From NCBI GenBank assembly GCA_964016885.1, contig OZ024745.1, positions 12,834,001 to 12,898,000 on the forward strand: DNA of 64,000 nucleotides. Reading direction: 5' to 3'. Position numbers and translations under genes: made by a program. This DNA comes from Eledone cirrhosa. Taxonomy: Eukaryota. The notes beneath the pieces are model-generated. The model was given only the letters and a program-made list of their open reading frames with translations. It was not told where the DNA came from and made no database searches. Every line of letters begins with the position of its first letter. Position 1 is the first letter of the stretch. This document shows, one piece after another, positions 11,912 to 26,900 of this stretch.

Positions 11912-12415
11912 CAGTAGATGTGTGTGTATGTAACACAGTAGATGTGTGTGTGTAATCCAGTAGATGTGTGTGTGTAATCCAGTAGATGTGTGTGTATGTA
12001 ACAGTAGATGTGTGTATGCAACTCAGTAGATGTGTGTGTAACACAGTAGATGTGTGTGTGTAACACAGTAGATGTGTGTAACACAGATGTGTATGTATGT
12101 ATCTCAGTAGATGTGTGTGTAACACAGTAGATGTGTGCATGTAACACAGTAGATGTGTGTATGTAACTCAGTATATGTGTGTGTATGTAACTCAGTAGAT
12201 CTGTGTGTATGTAACACAGTAGATGTGTGTGTGTATGTTGCACAGTAGATGTGTGTGTGTATGTTGCACAGTAGATGTGTGTGTATGTTGCACAATAGAT
12301 GTGTGTGTAACACAGTAGATGTGTGTATGTAACACAGTAGATATGTGTATGTAACACAGTAGATATGTGTGTATGTAACACAGTAGATGTGTGTGTATGT
12401 AACTCACATGTAACA
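11911..12415. repeat. ~20-26 bp minisatellite (ACACAGTAGATGTGTGTGTATGTA)n
   Basis: About 20 visible variable units directly abutting the zinc-finger array. Confidence 0.9.
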
Positions 12416-12469
12416 GTGGAATCTGCTAAGTTTAAAATATCACGTCAACATTTCAGTTTGGAAGTTTTT

Positions 12470-13003
12470 TTTCTATATATAAAAGTGGAGAAATATATTT
12501 TTCCAATGTTATATATATTTTCACTTGTATATAATTACTGGATCGTTGTAGGGTTCACATAATTATATTATTTACAAACATTAATATAGACATTAAGTAA
12601 ATCTTTGTTAACTTACCTCCTTCAGATATAATCAATGTGATTAATGACATTAACGTTGGTGTATCTTCTTTATCTTTAGTCATAAATTGATATCTTGTTA
12701 GAATGAAGTAGTGAGGCTGACTTTATGTCTTTAGCTACAGATTTGATAGGAAATATATATATATATTAGGTTGATATGTGGTCTAAAATATATATATATA
12801 TATTGTCTATAAACGACTGATAGCAGATGTTCTGGTGAAATAGTAGGTTTACTACTACAGATTGTAATGGAACTCTTAGTAGACACAATTGTAAAGTAAG
12901 AATAGATATGACAGTGTAAGACTGATGTCGGGGAGAGAAAATTGTGTGTATATATATATATATAATTGTTACACAAGATATAATTAGATTAATTAAAGTT
13001 ATA
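12470..13003 (-). other. Duplicated 5' module of the ZNF genes, with a candidate non-coding exon ~12616-12735
   Basis: Near-identical to 32870-33708. Minus-strand acceptor TCTGTAG and donor GAG|GTAAGT. Confidence 0.65.
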
Positions 13004-13262
13004 ATTATTTCTACTATTGGCACAAGGCCAGCAATTACCCAGTACATTACTGGTACTTTATTTTATCGACCCCGTAAGGATGAAAGGCAAAGTTAACCTC
13101 GGCAGGATTTGAACTCAGACCATAAAGGGCCGTAACTCTTTGCTGCAAAGCATGGCGTCCGACCCTCTACCGATACTGCCAATCCACCGCCCTTAAATAA
13201 TTGTTTCTACTTTTTGGCACAAGGCCAGCAATTTACCAGTGCATTACTGGTACTTTATTTTC
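13003..13262 (-). mobile_element. SINE family A (full copy plus a second partial tail)
   Basis: Complete reverse copy ending in GGGCGGTGGATTGGCAG. Confidence 0.85.
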
Positions 13263-13269
13263 CATCAAT

Positions 13270-13790
13270 TTCAAGCGGTCAACCTTTTACACAGCATCTC
13301 TACCTTCATACACATCACATGTCCATACCACAGCAATCTTCTCTCCTGCATAATGTATCTTATCCCTCTTATGCCCAGGTTCTCTCTCAGTTTATTTACA
13401 CTTTGTTCTTCATGTATATTAATATTACACATCCATTGGAGAATTCAAGCTTCATTTCTATCCAATCTTCGGAGGTCCTCTGCACACACACCGCCCACAT
13501 CTCACTGCAATGCAGCATTGCTGTTCATATGCAGACATCACTTTGATGAAACAACCTTTTGTAGCTAGCAGCAGTAGTAGCAACCTAAACCTTTGCCATC
13601 TTGTTCTTACTCTGGTTACTGTACTTTCAGAACACCTACCTCCACTGCATATTTGGTCACCTAGGTAACAGAAACTGTCAACTGCTTCTATGGAATCTTT
13701 TAAATATTTGATAGAGCTTGTTTCCTAAAAGCGATTGCTTCTTACTGCTCCAGTGCAATGACCCCATGTAAAATCTACTTTCTTAGCTAA
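13270..13790 (-). mobile_element. Old RTE LINE 3' fragment
   Basis: Reverse similarity to the VDSFCYLGD...GCSES...WYGHV region of the 24.8-32 kb LINEs. Confidence 0.7.
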
Positions 13791-13934
13791 CTCACCTTGG
13801 GCATGCTGACATATATTAAAAGGAAGTTCTTTCCTCCAACAATTTTCACCCCAAACAGACGAGTTTCATATTGTCAAAAAGGGAGGTAAATCTTTAGTGG
13901 TGGAATTGTCAGACTTAATTATATATGTAATTAG

Positions 13935-14575
13935 ATACACATAGAAGTGGTTGATAGCTTTTGCAATCTAGGTGACTTAATTAGCAGTGGAGTGGGCTGC
14001 TCTGAAAGATGAATAGCTAGAATAAGGATAGGATGGAAAAAGTTTAGAGAGCTACTGCAACAGTTGACCACAAAAGGTTTCTCTCTGTATAAAAGGAGGA
14101 CTGTATGACACATGTGGGTGATGTGCAATGATGCATGGTAACGAAACAAGGGCTGTGACGGCAGAGGATATGTAGACTGGAGAGAAATGCAACAACCATG
14201 CTTTGTAGGATATGTTGTGTAAGTGTGAGAGAAAGGCAGAGCTTGGACAAGTTCAAGAAGAAGCTGGGTTTAAGAGTGATCCGAAGTGGTGTGTAAGAGA
14301 GAAGACTGTGTTTGTACGGACATGTGATGCACATGGATAATGACTACTGGGTGAAGAAGTGCCAGGAAATCCCAGTGGAAGGAAGCCATAGTAGAGGTAG
14401 ACCAAGAAAGACCTGGACAGAGGCTGTGTGAACTGACTTCTAATCACTGACTCTCACAGAGGAGATGACAAAGGAACACGACGAGTTCAAAGATGCCATG
14501 TTGAGAAGGACCTGTGCAACCCAAGCAAGCATGGAAAAATGGACATAAAAACAGTGATGATATTGATGAAAATGA
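13935..14575 (+). mobile_element. Old RTE LINE 3' fragment
   Basis: EVVDSFCNLGD..RIRIGWKKFRELL..GHVMHM..GRPRKTW, with tail GCATGGAAAAATGGACATAAAA. Confidence 0.75.
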
Positions 14576-14849
14576 CGTACATATACACACATACATACAC
14601 AAATAAATCAAACACAGATATGCACATACTTATATACAAACATATACATGAACACAAATTTTTACACACATACATTCACATATATATATAACGTATGTAA
14701 ATTCTGAACAATACAGTTTTGTCAGCACAAGTCTTGGTTACAACTTCTACAAATAAAATGAAAGGAGAAGAATTTCGTAGTAAAACAGTTTTATTCAAAA
14801 TATTAACATTGGTGGCACTATTTTGGGTGAGTGATATGGTTTTTATCTT

Positions 14850-15598
14850 GTCTCATTGTGTTGCATTAAGTAATCTTTACAAGAGAACGATTTATCACAG
14901 ACATCACAGTGATATAGTTCCTCTCCTGTAGATGTTAGTGTGTAGTGAAGCCACAACATTTAGACAATGATTTACCACAGACATCACAGTGATATGGTTC
15001 CTCTCCTGTATATGTTAGTGTCTAGTGAAGCTACAACATTCAGAGAAGCATTTACCACAGACATCACAGTGATATGGTTCCTCTCCTGTATGTATATGTT
15101 AGTGTCTAGTGAAGCCACAACATTTAGAGAATGATTTACCAAATATATCAAAGTGATATGGCTTCCCAACTGTATGTTTGTGTGTAGTTAATGTAACATT
15201 GAAAGAGAATGATTTCCTTCAGATGTTACAATGATAAGTATTTGTATTCTCATTAATTCACAATTTTGAGGGAATGATTATCACTGATGTCATGATGCGA
15301 TATGATTTCTCCTCTGCATGTATAAGTTTGTGAGTAGTTATGCTACTTTTCCCAGAGAATGATTTACCACAGATCTCACAGTGATATGATTTCTCTCCAG
15401 AATGGGTACGTTTGTGACTAGTTAAACTACCCAATTGAGAGAAGGATTTACTACAGATATCACAGTGATATGGCTTGTCTCCTGTATGTATATGTTTGCG
15501 TTGTAGTTAAGCTACTACTTTGAGAGAATGATTAACCACAGATATCACAGTGATATGGTGTGCCTCCTGTATGTATACGTTTATGGCTAGTTAAGGAA
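14850..15598 (-). pseudogene. Degenerate continuation of the C2H2 array beyond the stop codon
   Basis: ~84-bp periodic CCATATCACTGTGATATCTGTGGTAAATCATTCTCT units with stops and indels. Confidence 0.85.
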
Positions 15599-16618
<1,020 letters not shown>

Positions 16619-17159
16619 TCAACTGTGATTTCATTTAATATCTGAAGATAATACAAACTTATATTTCATCCAAGTTTAGTTAAAATACAAAATCATCTCA
16701 TAGTGAAGAAAATAAACTCAGTTTTGAGGAAATACTTCACAGTAATTCAATGACAGATTTATATAAACGGTGTTATATGAGTTCTGTATAAAACGTTTTA
16801 GTCTTCAAATGATTTTAAATAGAGGTGATGTATCCAAGATTGAAAATAATAATTTATCCCAATGTCATCTGATATTCTGAAATAAGAAAGAAACAGTATG
16901 AGATAATAGAGAATACTTAAAAAGCAGAGATAGATTTAACAGTGGAAATTTTATATTTCTATATTGGTAAACTGTAGATATCAACTTTCCTGTCCAGAGC
17001 AATTCTCTCCAATGTAAGCAGTGGTATTTCAGCATGCTATATAAATGTTATCCTTCTATCTCTTCAGAGGTCTGCTCTATGGCAGTTTAGCATAAAATTC
17101 ATTCTTATAGGACTTATAAGAAAGAAACAGTATGAGATAATAGAGAATACTTAAAATAC

Positions 17160-20100
17160 AGGGAGGATCCCAGACCAAAAAAAGAGACATCATAATGCTA
17201 TGATGGATGGAATCTGGGAGATGGTCCAGCTAAAATCCTGGTCCTTTCAGTGCCTGGCCTGTGTGCCTGCCTCCACTAATGTTATTGAAAAACAACAACA
17301 ACAACAAAAACCAATGACTGTATCTTCCTCTACCATTGTTACTGAACAATGGCAAAAACCTATGACACTAGCTTCTACTGCTATTCCTGTGGGAGAACAT
17401 CAGAAACAACAACAACCCATGTCTTCCGCTCCCAGTACATCTCGACACAAACAACCTGCGCTGTGTCTTCCCCTATCATTCCTGTGGAGGAACATCATCA
17501 TCACCAACAACAACAACAACAGCAACAACCTGCGACTGTGTCTTCCCCTACCATTCCCGTGGAGGAACATCATCATCACCAACAACAACAATAGCAACAG
17601 CAACAGCAGCAACAACAACAACAACAACCGACCAGTACAGATTTTGCAGAATTGCAACTAATGATTTCTGCTTTAAGAAGGGAAGTACCAGGAATAAAGG
17701 CAAGCATTCAGGTAGGACCCCACAATGAGGGGTCTTATCGGAATGCCTTGCTAAAGAATCTCCCTGTACCTCTTGCCGTATCTGGCCACACTGAAAAGAC
17801 TGCGGAATCTGCTACCCATGAAGTAATTGCCATTGGGGTACCAGAGGACAAGGCTGATCTTCAGGCATTTGCTGCCAGCTCAGCCAAAGACCTAGGCTGT
17901 GTTCCCCCAAAGGGTGCTCTCCGCCTTGGTTGACCTGGTCCAAAACCCAGACTCATCAGGCTGTCTTTTTCGGACCCCGCTGAGGCAACCTCATACCATC
18001 TGGCCTCTGTTAAAGCTGGGCGTGAAAATCGGATTACCTTCCGAACACGCCCAGGCCTACCACCCCATGTACGTCCAAAGCTCCGTGCTGCAGCTTCCTT
18101 GAATCGGAACTCAGCACAACATGAAAGTTTTAGTCTGCGTGATGATGGGCAGATCTGGAGGTTTGTCAAGGCTGGTGAAACGTGGAAGAGAGATACCAGC
18201 TGGTCTGAGTGTGATCTACCCACAATAACTGGCTATGTAAAAACTGCTACAACTCTGGGAAACTAAACCAGAACAACCTGCCACCCTCTACACACCATCA
18301 TAAACTGCGAGCAGGGTACAAATTGTTGTCCTTAAATGCTCGCAGTTTATGCAACAAGATACATCTGTTTGAATCCTACGTCAGAAGCATCGACCCTGAC
18401 TTCATCACAGTCACAGAAACATGGGCACATTCCTTACTCTGTGATGGGGTTTTCAGCATTACTGGGTACAACCTTTTCAGCAAGGACCGCATTAATCGCC
18501 GTGGTGGTGGTGTGATGGTCTACGTTCGTTCAAACTTTTCGGTAATTCCTTGCGTTGATTTGAACGAATCACAGGAAGAAGTTTTTTTCTGTGACATACG
18601 TATGACCATGTCATCACTTCTGCTTGGTGTTGTTTATCGCCCCCCCAAACTACCATCAGGACACACAGCTTTGCGATATCCTCAGAGTTGCTGCCAAGAA
18701 ACAGCCACTTATGTGTTTATTGCAGGTGACTTCAATCATCCTGAGATCGATTGGGAAACTTTTCGTTGGCCACAAGGTGCAAACGATTTCCTTGAACTAG
18801 TGCTGGACTCAAACTGGTCACCTCTCCAACAAGAGGTGACAACACTTTGGACCTGATCTTCACCACTACTCCTGAAGTGGTTATCAGTTGTACTACTGAG
18901 GAACCTCTAGGCGACTCTGATCATGCTATGATCATTGCCAATCTGGCACTTGAGGGCAGCAACAAAAACCAGAGCCATCTCCAATCTGCTTGCTTTGATT
19001 GGAAGAGGGCGGATTGGAACTTGTACTGCACTGAGCTACAGCGCCCAAACTGGCATGAGATGTATAACTCTGGAGATGTGAACACTATACTCCAGAGCAT
19101 CCTGGACTCAATATGGATAGCGTGTGCAGCATCGGTGCCATGTAAGCGGAAAAATAACCACCCCAAAAGTGCAATTTGGGAAACTTCAGCGGTCCGACTT
19201 GCCAGGAAAGAACGTCGGAACGCTGAACGGGAATATAAACTGCATAAATCAGATGCCAACAGAAAAAAGCGGAATAAATCTTCTAACCATCTCAAGCAAG
19301 TGACAAAGAAGGCAGTGCTTGAATTTGAACAGTGCATAGCAACCAATCCTGACGGTAAGGTGTTCTGGAAATATGTTCATTCAAAGCAGAGACCTCACTC
19401 TCCAGTTGGTCCTCTTCGCAATCCCCACACAAGCCAGATCACTGACGATCCCAAAGAATGCGCAGAACTCATTGCTGAGTGCTATGCAAGTATTTTTACT
19501 GTTGAAAACCAGAATGTACCATCTCCACCATCTCTAACATCAAATTCCATAACAACTATGGAATTTACACCTGCAATATTGCGACGTCACCTTAAGAATA
19601 AGCGCAACTATGCCTCCCCTGGTCTTGATGGTGTGACATACCTGCTTCTCAAACGTGGCGGGTATTTCCTTTTGCGCCAGCTTTCTTTCAATACTGTCTC
19701 AACAATGGTGCTACTCCAGAGCAGTGGAAAACTGCCAGTGTCATTCGCCTGTTCAAAAAGGGCAACCGCATGTCACCTGTCAACTATCGTGCAGTCAGTC
19801 TTACTAGCTGTATGGCCAAACTGATGGAATCCTGTGTCAGAGAAACACTTTTGAACTTCTGGAGCTCTCACAGCCTCATCCGGCCCTCACAGTTTGGATT
19901 TATCCCTAACTCCAGCTGCTGTGATCAGCTTATCGAGTTCCTTGAAGACATCACTCAGATCACTGACAGCGGCTCATGGGTGGATGTTGTTTACCTTGAC
20001 TTTGCTAAGGCTTTTAATTCTGTGCCACACAAAAGACTTATGGCAAAACTCTCTGCAATGGGTGTGAGGGATGATCTTTTCGACTGGTTGAAATCCTTCA

Positions 20101-21228
20101 TTCTCAGCCGAAAGAAGTAGTCACGGTTCTAGGACAGCATTCTTCACCATATGAGATGTCATCTGGTGTACCACAGGGATCTGTTCTTGGTCCCCTTTTG
20201 TTTGTGGCATATATTAATGACATAGATGCCAACTTACAGAATGCCACGGTACTGAAATATGCAGATGACATCAAGCTGTACCTTGAAATCAAAAGGACTG
20301 ATCCTGAAATTTACAACTCTTTCCTACAATCAGACCTGGACACAATGCAGCAATGGATCACAGACTGGCAACTGAAGCTGGCTGTGGACAAGTGTACCAC
20401 CATGCATTTTGGAAGGAAAAATCCAGCGTCCACATACTCCCTCCACAACACTGATATCAAGAAGTCCTCTTGTGAACGTGACCTGGGCATTACTGTCAGC
20501 AGCGATTTGTGTTGGACAAAGCATGTCTCTAAGATTGTCAAGAAGGCCGAGGGTGTCTTGGCATCACTCAGCAAGACCTTTGTTAGCCGCTCTCCAGCCA
20601 TCTATTTAAAACTGTATGCAGCTATGGTACGACCACACTTGGAATTCGCATCATCAGTCTGGAACCCTTATCTTGCTCAGAACATTGACCTCCTGGAAAC
20701 TGTTCAGAGACGTGCAACCAAGCGCATACCCTCCATCAGACACCTACCATACTCTGAACGCCTTGCTTCTCTGGGCATGGATTCATTGAAGCTCCGACGT
20801 CTGGCAATGGACTTGGTGAATACCCACAAAGTTATTAACCATCTCGCCAATTGCAACTCTGAGCACCTTTTTGATCTCCATGTGTCTAACACACGAGGAC
20901 ATGCCTACAAGATCAGAAAACAGCACAGCTCCCATGACTTTCGTAGACATTTTTTCACGCTCGGAGTTGCTGAAGCATGGAACAAACTGCCTGCGTCAGT
21001 TGTTAGCTGCCGAGACACTGCATCCTTTAAGACACTCATGCTTCCCGAAATACGCCAAGGCTACACCTGATGTACCCCTTCCATACACATGCACACATGT
21101 GTGTATCATGACTCGTGCACTGTTCATTTTACTGATGTTTGTGCATTGCCCTATGTACTGTACATGCACTTTTTGATGAGCTGTGGTGCACCTGGGCACT
21201 GTACACAATATTTCATTATTATTATTAT
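17160..21228 (+). mobile_element. Near full-length CR1-group LINE (ORF1-like region + APE-RT ORF2, frameshifted)
   Basis: APE: LNARSL..VTETW..GDFN..SDH. RT: YLDFAKAF, GVPQGSVLGPLLF, KYADD. C-terminal TRGH..AWNKLP. (ATT)n tail. Confidence 0.93.
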
Positions 21229-21229
21229 T

Positions 21230-21358
21230 ATATCATGACTCATACACTGTTCATTTTCCTGACATTTGTACATTATTCTATGTACTATACATGCACCTTT
21301 GATGAGTTGTAGTGCACCTGAGCACTGTACACAATAATTTCATTATTATATTATTATA
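21230..21358 (+). mobile_element. Second, diverged copy of the CR1 3' UTR
   Basis: Repeats 21103-21228, including GTGCACCTG.GCACTGTACACAAT and an ATT tail. Confidence 0.8.
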
Positions 21359-21391
21359 ACGGAGCCATCCATTTCCACACTGTAAACGTGA

Positions 21392-22078
21392 AGGCACATG
21401 GCTTAGTGGTGAGTTCAATTCTCGGACCGGGTGATGTGTTGTTTCCTTGAGCAAGACACTTTATTTCACGTTGCTCCAGTTTACTCAACTGTAGAAATGA
21501 GATGATAGGACTGGGGTCCCTATCATTAAATTACCCAAGACACCTCCAACGAGATATACCTTGGAGGAGACCAGCTAAACCTGCATAGGTGTGAGCTGTC
21601 ACACACACACAATGTAAACGTGGTTGGTGTCAGGAAGGGCATCCAGCTGTAAAATACCCAGCCAAATTTACAGTCTCACCGGAGAAGATACGACACATGG
21701 CGAACCATGGCCAAACTTGCCTCCTGGCATGGACAACCTGTCTAACCCATGCAAAAATGGAAAAATGGATGCTAAATGGTGATGATACATATATATATAT
21801 ATATATCCCTCCCACATCCCAGCACACACTGGATGTGTAAAAGACACACCAAAAAACACCCGGCCTACACTGGACTTGTAAAAGACACAGCAAAAAGCAC
21901 CCAGCCTACACTGTAAATGTGGTTGGCATTAGGATGGGCATCCAGCAGTAGAAAAGCAGCCAGAAACACCCCTATATGAGCGAGACACGGTCACCAGACC
22001 CAATTTGCGTCTAAATGGGACCTGGCTAATCCATGCTAGCGTGGAAGATGGATGTTAATCGATGATGATGATGATGAT
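21392..22078 (+). mobile_element. SINE family B head followed by two RTE-type tails
   Basis: GGCACATGGCTTAGTGG...TCCTTGAGCAAGACAC; two AGG.GGGCATCCAGC...CCATGC...(GAT)n modules. Confidence 0.7.
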
Positions 22079-22269
22079 ATATAATAAAATGTTGTAGTTT
22101 GTTTGAAGCATTCTATATAATATATAACGTTGAAAGAATGCAAAATGGACTGTAAGATGAGGGAAGGAAAAGTAAAAGTTACCTGGTAACTTTTGTTTCA
22201 TTTTTTTTTTTTCTTTTTTTATCTGTCCAATATTTTGGGACCTAAAAGTCCCTTCCTTGGTGTTTAACA

Positions 22270-23045
22270 CATTAGCATTTACATTACTCTATATATACTA
22301 TTGTATTTTCATGGTAAAGGCTTTACCTCACATAACATTTACATTACTCTATATTTACTATTATATTTCCATGGTAAAGTATTTACCTTACATAGCATTT
22401 AGATTACTCTATATATACTATTATATTTCCATGGTAAAGTCTTTATAACATTTACATTACTCTATATACACTATTATATTTTCACAGTAAAGCCTTTACC
22501 TCACATAATATCTCACATAACATTTAGATTACTCTATATATACTATTATATTTCCATGGTAAAGTCTTTACCTCACATAACATTTACATTACTCTATATA
22601 CACTATTATATTTTCACAGTAAAGCCTTTACCTCACATAATATCTCACATAACATTTAGATTACTCTATATATACTATTATATTTCCATGGTAAAGTCTT
22701 TACCTCACATAACATTTACATTACTGTATATACACTATTATATTTTCACAGTAAAGTCTTTACCTCACATAATATCTCACATAACATTTACATTACTCTA
22801 TATATACTATTATATTTCCATGGTAAAGTCTTTACCTCACATAACATTTACATTACTCTATATACACTATTATATTTTCACAGTAAAGTCTTTACCTCAC
22901 ATAATATCTCACATAACATTTACATTACTCTATATATACTATTGTATTTTCACAGTAAAGTCTTTACCTCACATAACATTTACATTAATTTATATATATA
23001 CTATTATATTTCCATGGTAAAGCCTTTACCTCACATATGTCACAA
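22270..23045. repeat. Satellite of 60/72-bp units forming a 132-bp higher-order repeat
   Basis: Unit CATTTACATTACTCTATATATACTATTATATTTCCATGGTAAAGTCTTTACCTCACATAA alternates with a variant carrying an extra TATCTCACATAA. Confidence 0.9.
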
Positions 23046-23556
23046 TATCGAATCTATGAGATTTTGATATTATTTATATTGAGAACAATATCTTTAATAT
23101 CAATAAGAGTGGCCAGTTACAGCCAGTTTGAACAGAAAAAGGGGACAGAATTCTGGCCAGTTATGACCAGTTTAAATGTTAAAGGGTTAAGCAACTTTCA
23201 GTGGATAATGTTCCAATTTCCTCTCTTTGGGATTAAATTTTGCTTTTGATTAAAATTTTTTCTAAATCATTTTCAAGCATTTTATAAAACTGATGGAAGC
23301 TGTGGAGTAAGAAGACATAGGATGAGGTGATAAAAGCTGACCTCACATGTTTGATGGAAGCTATGAAGTAGGAAGACCTAATTTGAGGTTATAAAAGCTG
23401 ACCTCACACAATTGTTCTTCTCAAATACAATGACACAGGATCGAGATCTTTGGTGTTATACAGTAATATAGAAGACCAGCCTTCCCTAGCATTGGTATCA
23501 ATGACTCCAGCATGGACATCAATACACATCTATATATACACACCTAACATATAAAA

Positions 23557-23927
23557 GACCCCCATCAGTCACGAATGACCATGTGATTTGCAACTAGAAA
23601 GTTCCCCTCTGAGGCACAAGTCTGGTTGTTTGAGGAAGATCAGCAGTCACCCAAGTATACCAGTCTACCCTCTCCACGCCACTGATGTTGTCCAAGGGAA
23701 AGATAATGGCTGATACAGCTTGGCAGCAGTGACATCACAACATACACTATATATATATTATATATACACTGTGTACAGTATATATACACTATATATATAT
23801 TATATATACAGTGTACAATATATATATACACTATATATGATGTCCAAGAGAAAGGTAATGGCTGTTGTAGCTTGGCACCAGTGACATCACAACATATAAA
23901 TACACTATATATATATTATATATACAC
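23557..23927 (-). mobile_element. 3' half of a SINE split by the LINE nest
   Basis: GATGTCCAAGAGAAAGG..ATGGCTG..ACAGCTTGGCACCAGTGACATCACAAC module and the TA-rich spacer recur at 32230-32460. Confidence 0.7.
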
Positions 23928-26900
23928 TTCGGTTCATTCATCTATATATCTTACAGTCCCCCAGAATCAAAAATTGTATTCATAATTGTCTTTCTATAAT
24001 TCTGTCTCACTGTTGTTCTAAAAAATAAGTCTGCTCCTCGGTTCTTTCATCTATATATCTTACAATCCCCCAGTATCAAAAACCGTATTCATAATTGTCT
24101 TTCTAAAAATCTTCCCCACATTGTGCTAAATAATATTCCTGCAACCATTTTGGCCGAAAAATTTTGCCAGGTTTTATTGGGATGGCCTCTCTCTCTCGGC
24201 CTGCTGAAATCGCCTCTCACCCTCTAACCCTCTCACTCTCACTATCATATACGCTGCTCTCTCACTCCCTGCCAACCAAATATAAATAAGTCTTGTTACG
24301 GGGGACTAAACTCAGAATTTGTCAACTATTATTGATGGTCGCTCGCTCGTTCAGTCTACTTCTAAGAAATGTAACGTACATATCTCATTTTCTTCTCAAC
24401 TCTCCACCCAACCCTTCGGTTCATTCATCTATATATCTTACAGTCCCCCAGAATCAAAAATCGTATTCATAATTGTCTTTCTATAATTCTGTCTCACTGT
24501 TGTTCTAAAAAATAAGTCTGCTCCTCGCGAACTACCCAATACCCCTCCCTCCCGCCCCCACTCACCACCTTATTATTTGGACCAATCACAAGTAAACGAC
24601 CTATGCTAGCACTTCTGGTTGCTTTTCGATATGATGGATGAACTAGGGAATTCCTGGAGAGTAAGAAGAATCTGGACACCCGAAGACAATGCAAAAGATA
24701 ACGACAAATTCACCTCATGCTGCCGGACGAAAGGGCAAGGCCCCACCCTCTTTGTTGCGGCCGCGGATGGCCAACATAACCCCAACCCCATCCACCTCAC
24801 CCCTCCCTGCACCCCACCCACCAAACACAATCCAAAACTTCAGAGTTGGTACCATGAATGTAGGGACCTTAAAAGGCCGCTCTAACGAGGTTGTAGAAAT
24901 GCTTGTACGTAAGGAGGTTGATGTCTGCTGTATCCAAGAGACCAGGTGGAGGGACGGGTCTGCTAGATTCATTGTGGGTAAAAAACGATGCTATAAGCTT
25001 TTCTGGGTGGGGTAGGAATCATGTTAGCAGAAAAATGGGTGGATAAGATAATAGACGTAAATAGAGTAAACGACAGAATAATTAAAATAAGACTTGTTCT
25101 AAATAGAACTACTGTGACGATAATATCTGCATACGCGCCCCAATCCGGACTGCCTGGCGCTATAAAAGACACTTTCTATGAGACACTGATGCTCACTACC
25201 TCCCAAATAACCGACAGTGACTATATTATTATTGCTGGCGACCTAAATGGTCATGTTGGACAACATTGTGATGGCTATGATGGAATCCACGGAGGCTATG
25301 GGTTTGGTACTAGAAATGAGGAAGGCTCCAGAATCCTGTGACACAAATAACCTAACAATCTGTAACACTAACTTCAAAAAACGAGACAATCACTTGATCA
25401 CCTACAGATCAGGGGAACATACCAGCCAGGTAGATTATATCCTTACCAGAAGACGTGACAGAGTGTCTGTTGTAAACACCAAATCCCTCCCCCATGAAGA
25501 ATGCACCTCCCAACACAGACTGATAATTAGCGACTTCATAGTCAGGACGAGACGTACCCGACAGCAGAAGAGGACTATCCTCAGGAGAAAAATATGGAAG
25601 CTAAAGGACCCTACAGCCAGAAATAAATTTCAAAGCATATTACTTGATGCTTTCGACAGTAAGGAAGAGCATTTAGAGTCGTACAATATAGAGGAACAGT
25701 GGGAACTCCTGAAAGCAAACCTGCTGATGGCGGCAGACGAAGTCTGTGGCCGGAGCAGGCCTATAGGCAGGAGGAGAGTAACATGGTGGTGGAACAGTAA
25801 GGTGGAGGAGTCGATTAAGGCCAAAAAGCAGGCTTGGAAAGTATGGCGGGATGGGGGAAGTAGAGAAGACTATCAAGTGGCCAGGAGGGAAGCTAGGAGA
25901 CAAGTGTACTTCGCAAGAAGGGAAGCAGAGGAAAGAAAGTTCAAGCATGTTCTACAACGCGAGGACCAAAAACGTGAGGTGTTCAGGATTGCTAGGCAAT
26001 GTGTTAAGGAAAACCGTGATATTGTCGGGGAGAAGTGTGTACTAAATGATGATGGCGTACTTGCCATCACTGACGCTGATAAGAAGGTAGCTTGGAAGTG
26101 TCACTACGAAAGGCTACTAAATGAGGAGAATAAATGGGAGAAGAATAGTCTCCCCCAGATCGATCCAATAGAGGGACCAGCAGTGTTAGTTGAAGGTAGT
26201 AAAATAAGTAAGGCAATCAAAGATATGAAGACGGGTAAGGCGCCTGGGCCTTCGGAAATAGTTGCTGAGATGCTGAAAGCCTCTGGAATGGTGGGACACA
26301 CCATGGTCACCCAGATAGTAAACCAAGTCATACAGAATGGGTTTGTTCCGAAGGACTGGCGTAGCAGCATCATCATTAACTGTTACAAGGGTAAAGGAGA
26401 CGCCCTAGATAGGAGTAACTATAGAGGCATTAAATTAATCGACCAGGTCATGAAGGTCACGGAAAAAGTAATAGTGCAACTAATCAGAGAGAGAATTGAT
26501 CTAGATGAAATGCAGTTCGGGTTTGTGTCAGGCAAAAGTACCACAGACGCTCTTTACATTGTACGACAACTACAGGAGAAGTACCTAGCTAAAAGTAAAC
26601 CCCTATACTTAGCCTTTGTCGACTTGGAGACAGCGTTCGACAGAGTCCCCCGTTCCATTATCTGGTGGGCTCTTAGAAAACTAGGTGTTGATGAATGGCT
26701 TGTGAGAGCTATACAAGCCATGTATAAAGAAACAGTCAACAAGGTTAGAATTAACAACGAATATAGTGAAGAGTTTAGCGTAAAAGTTGGTGTTCATCAG
26801 GGCTCTGTTCTTAGCCCCCTACAATTTATTATTGCCCTACAGGCTATAACAGTGGAGTTCAAGACCGGCTGCCCATGGGAACTCCTATACACAGATGATC

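Noticed and set aside
22556-23020. 154-aa repeat protein on the + strand
   Set aside because: The ORF exists only because the unit lengths (60 and 72) are multiples of three.
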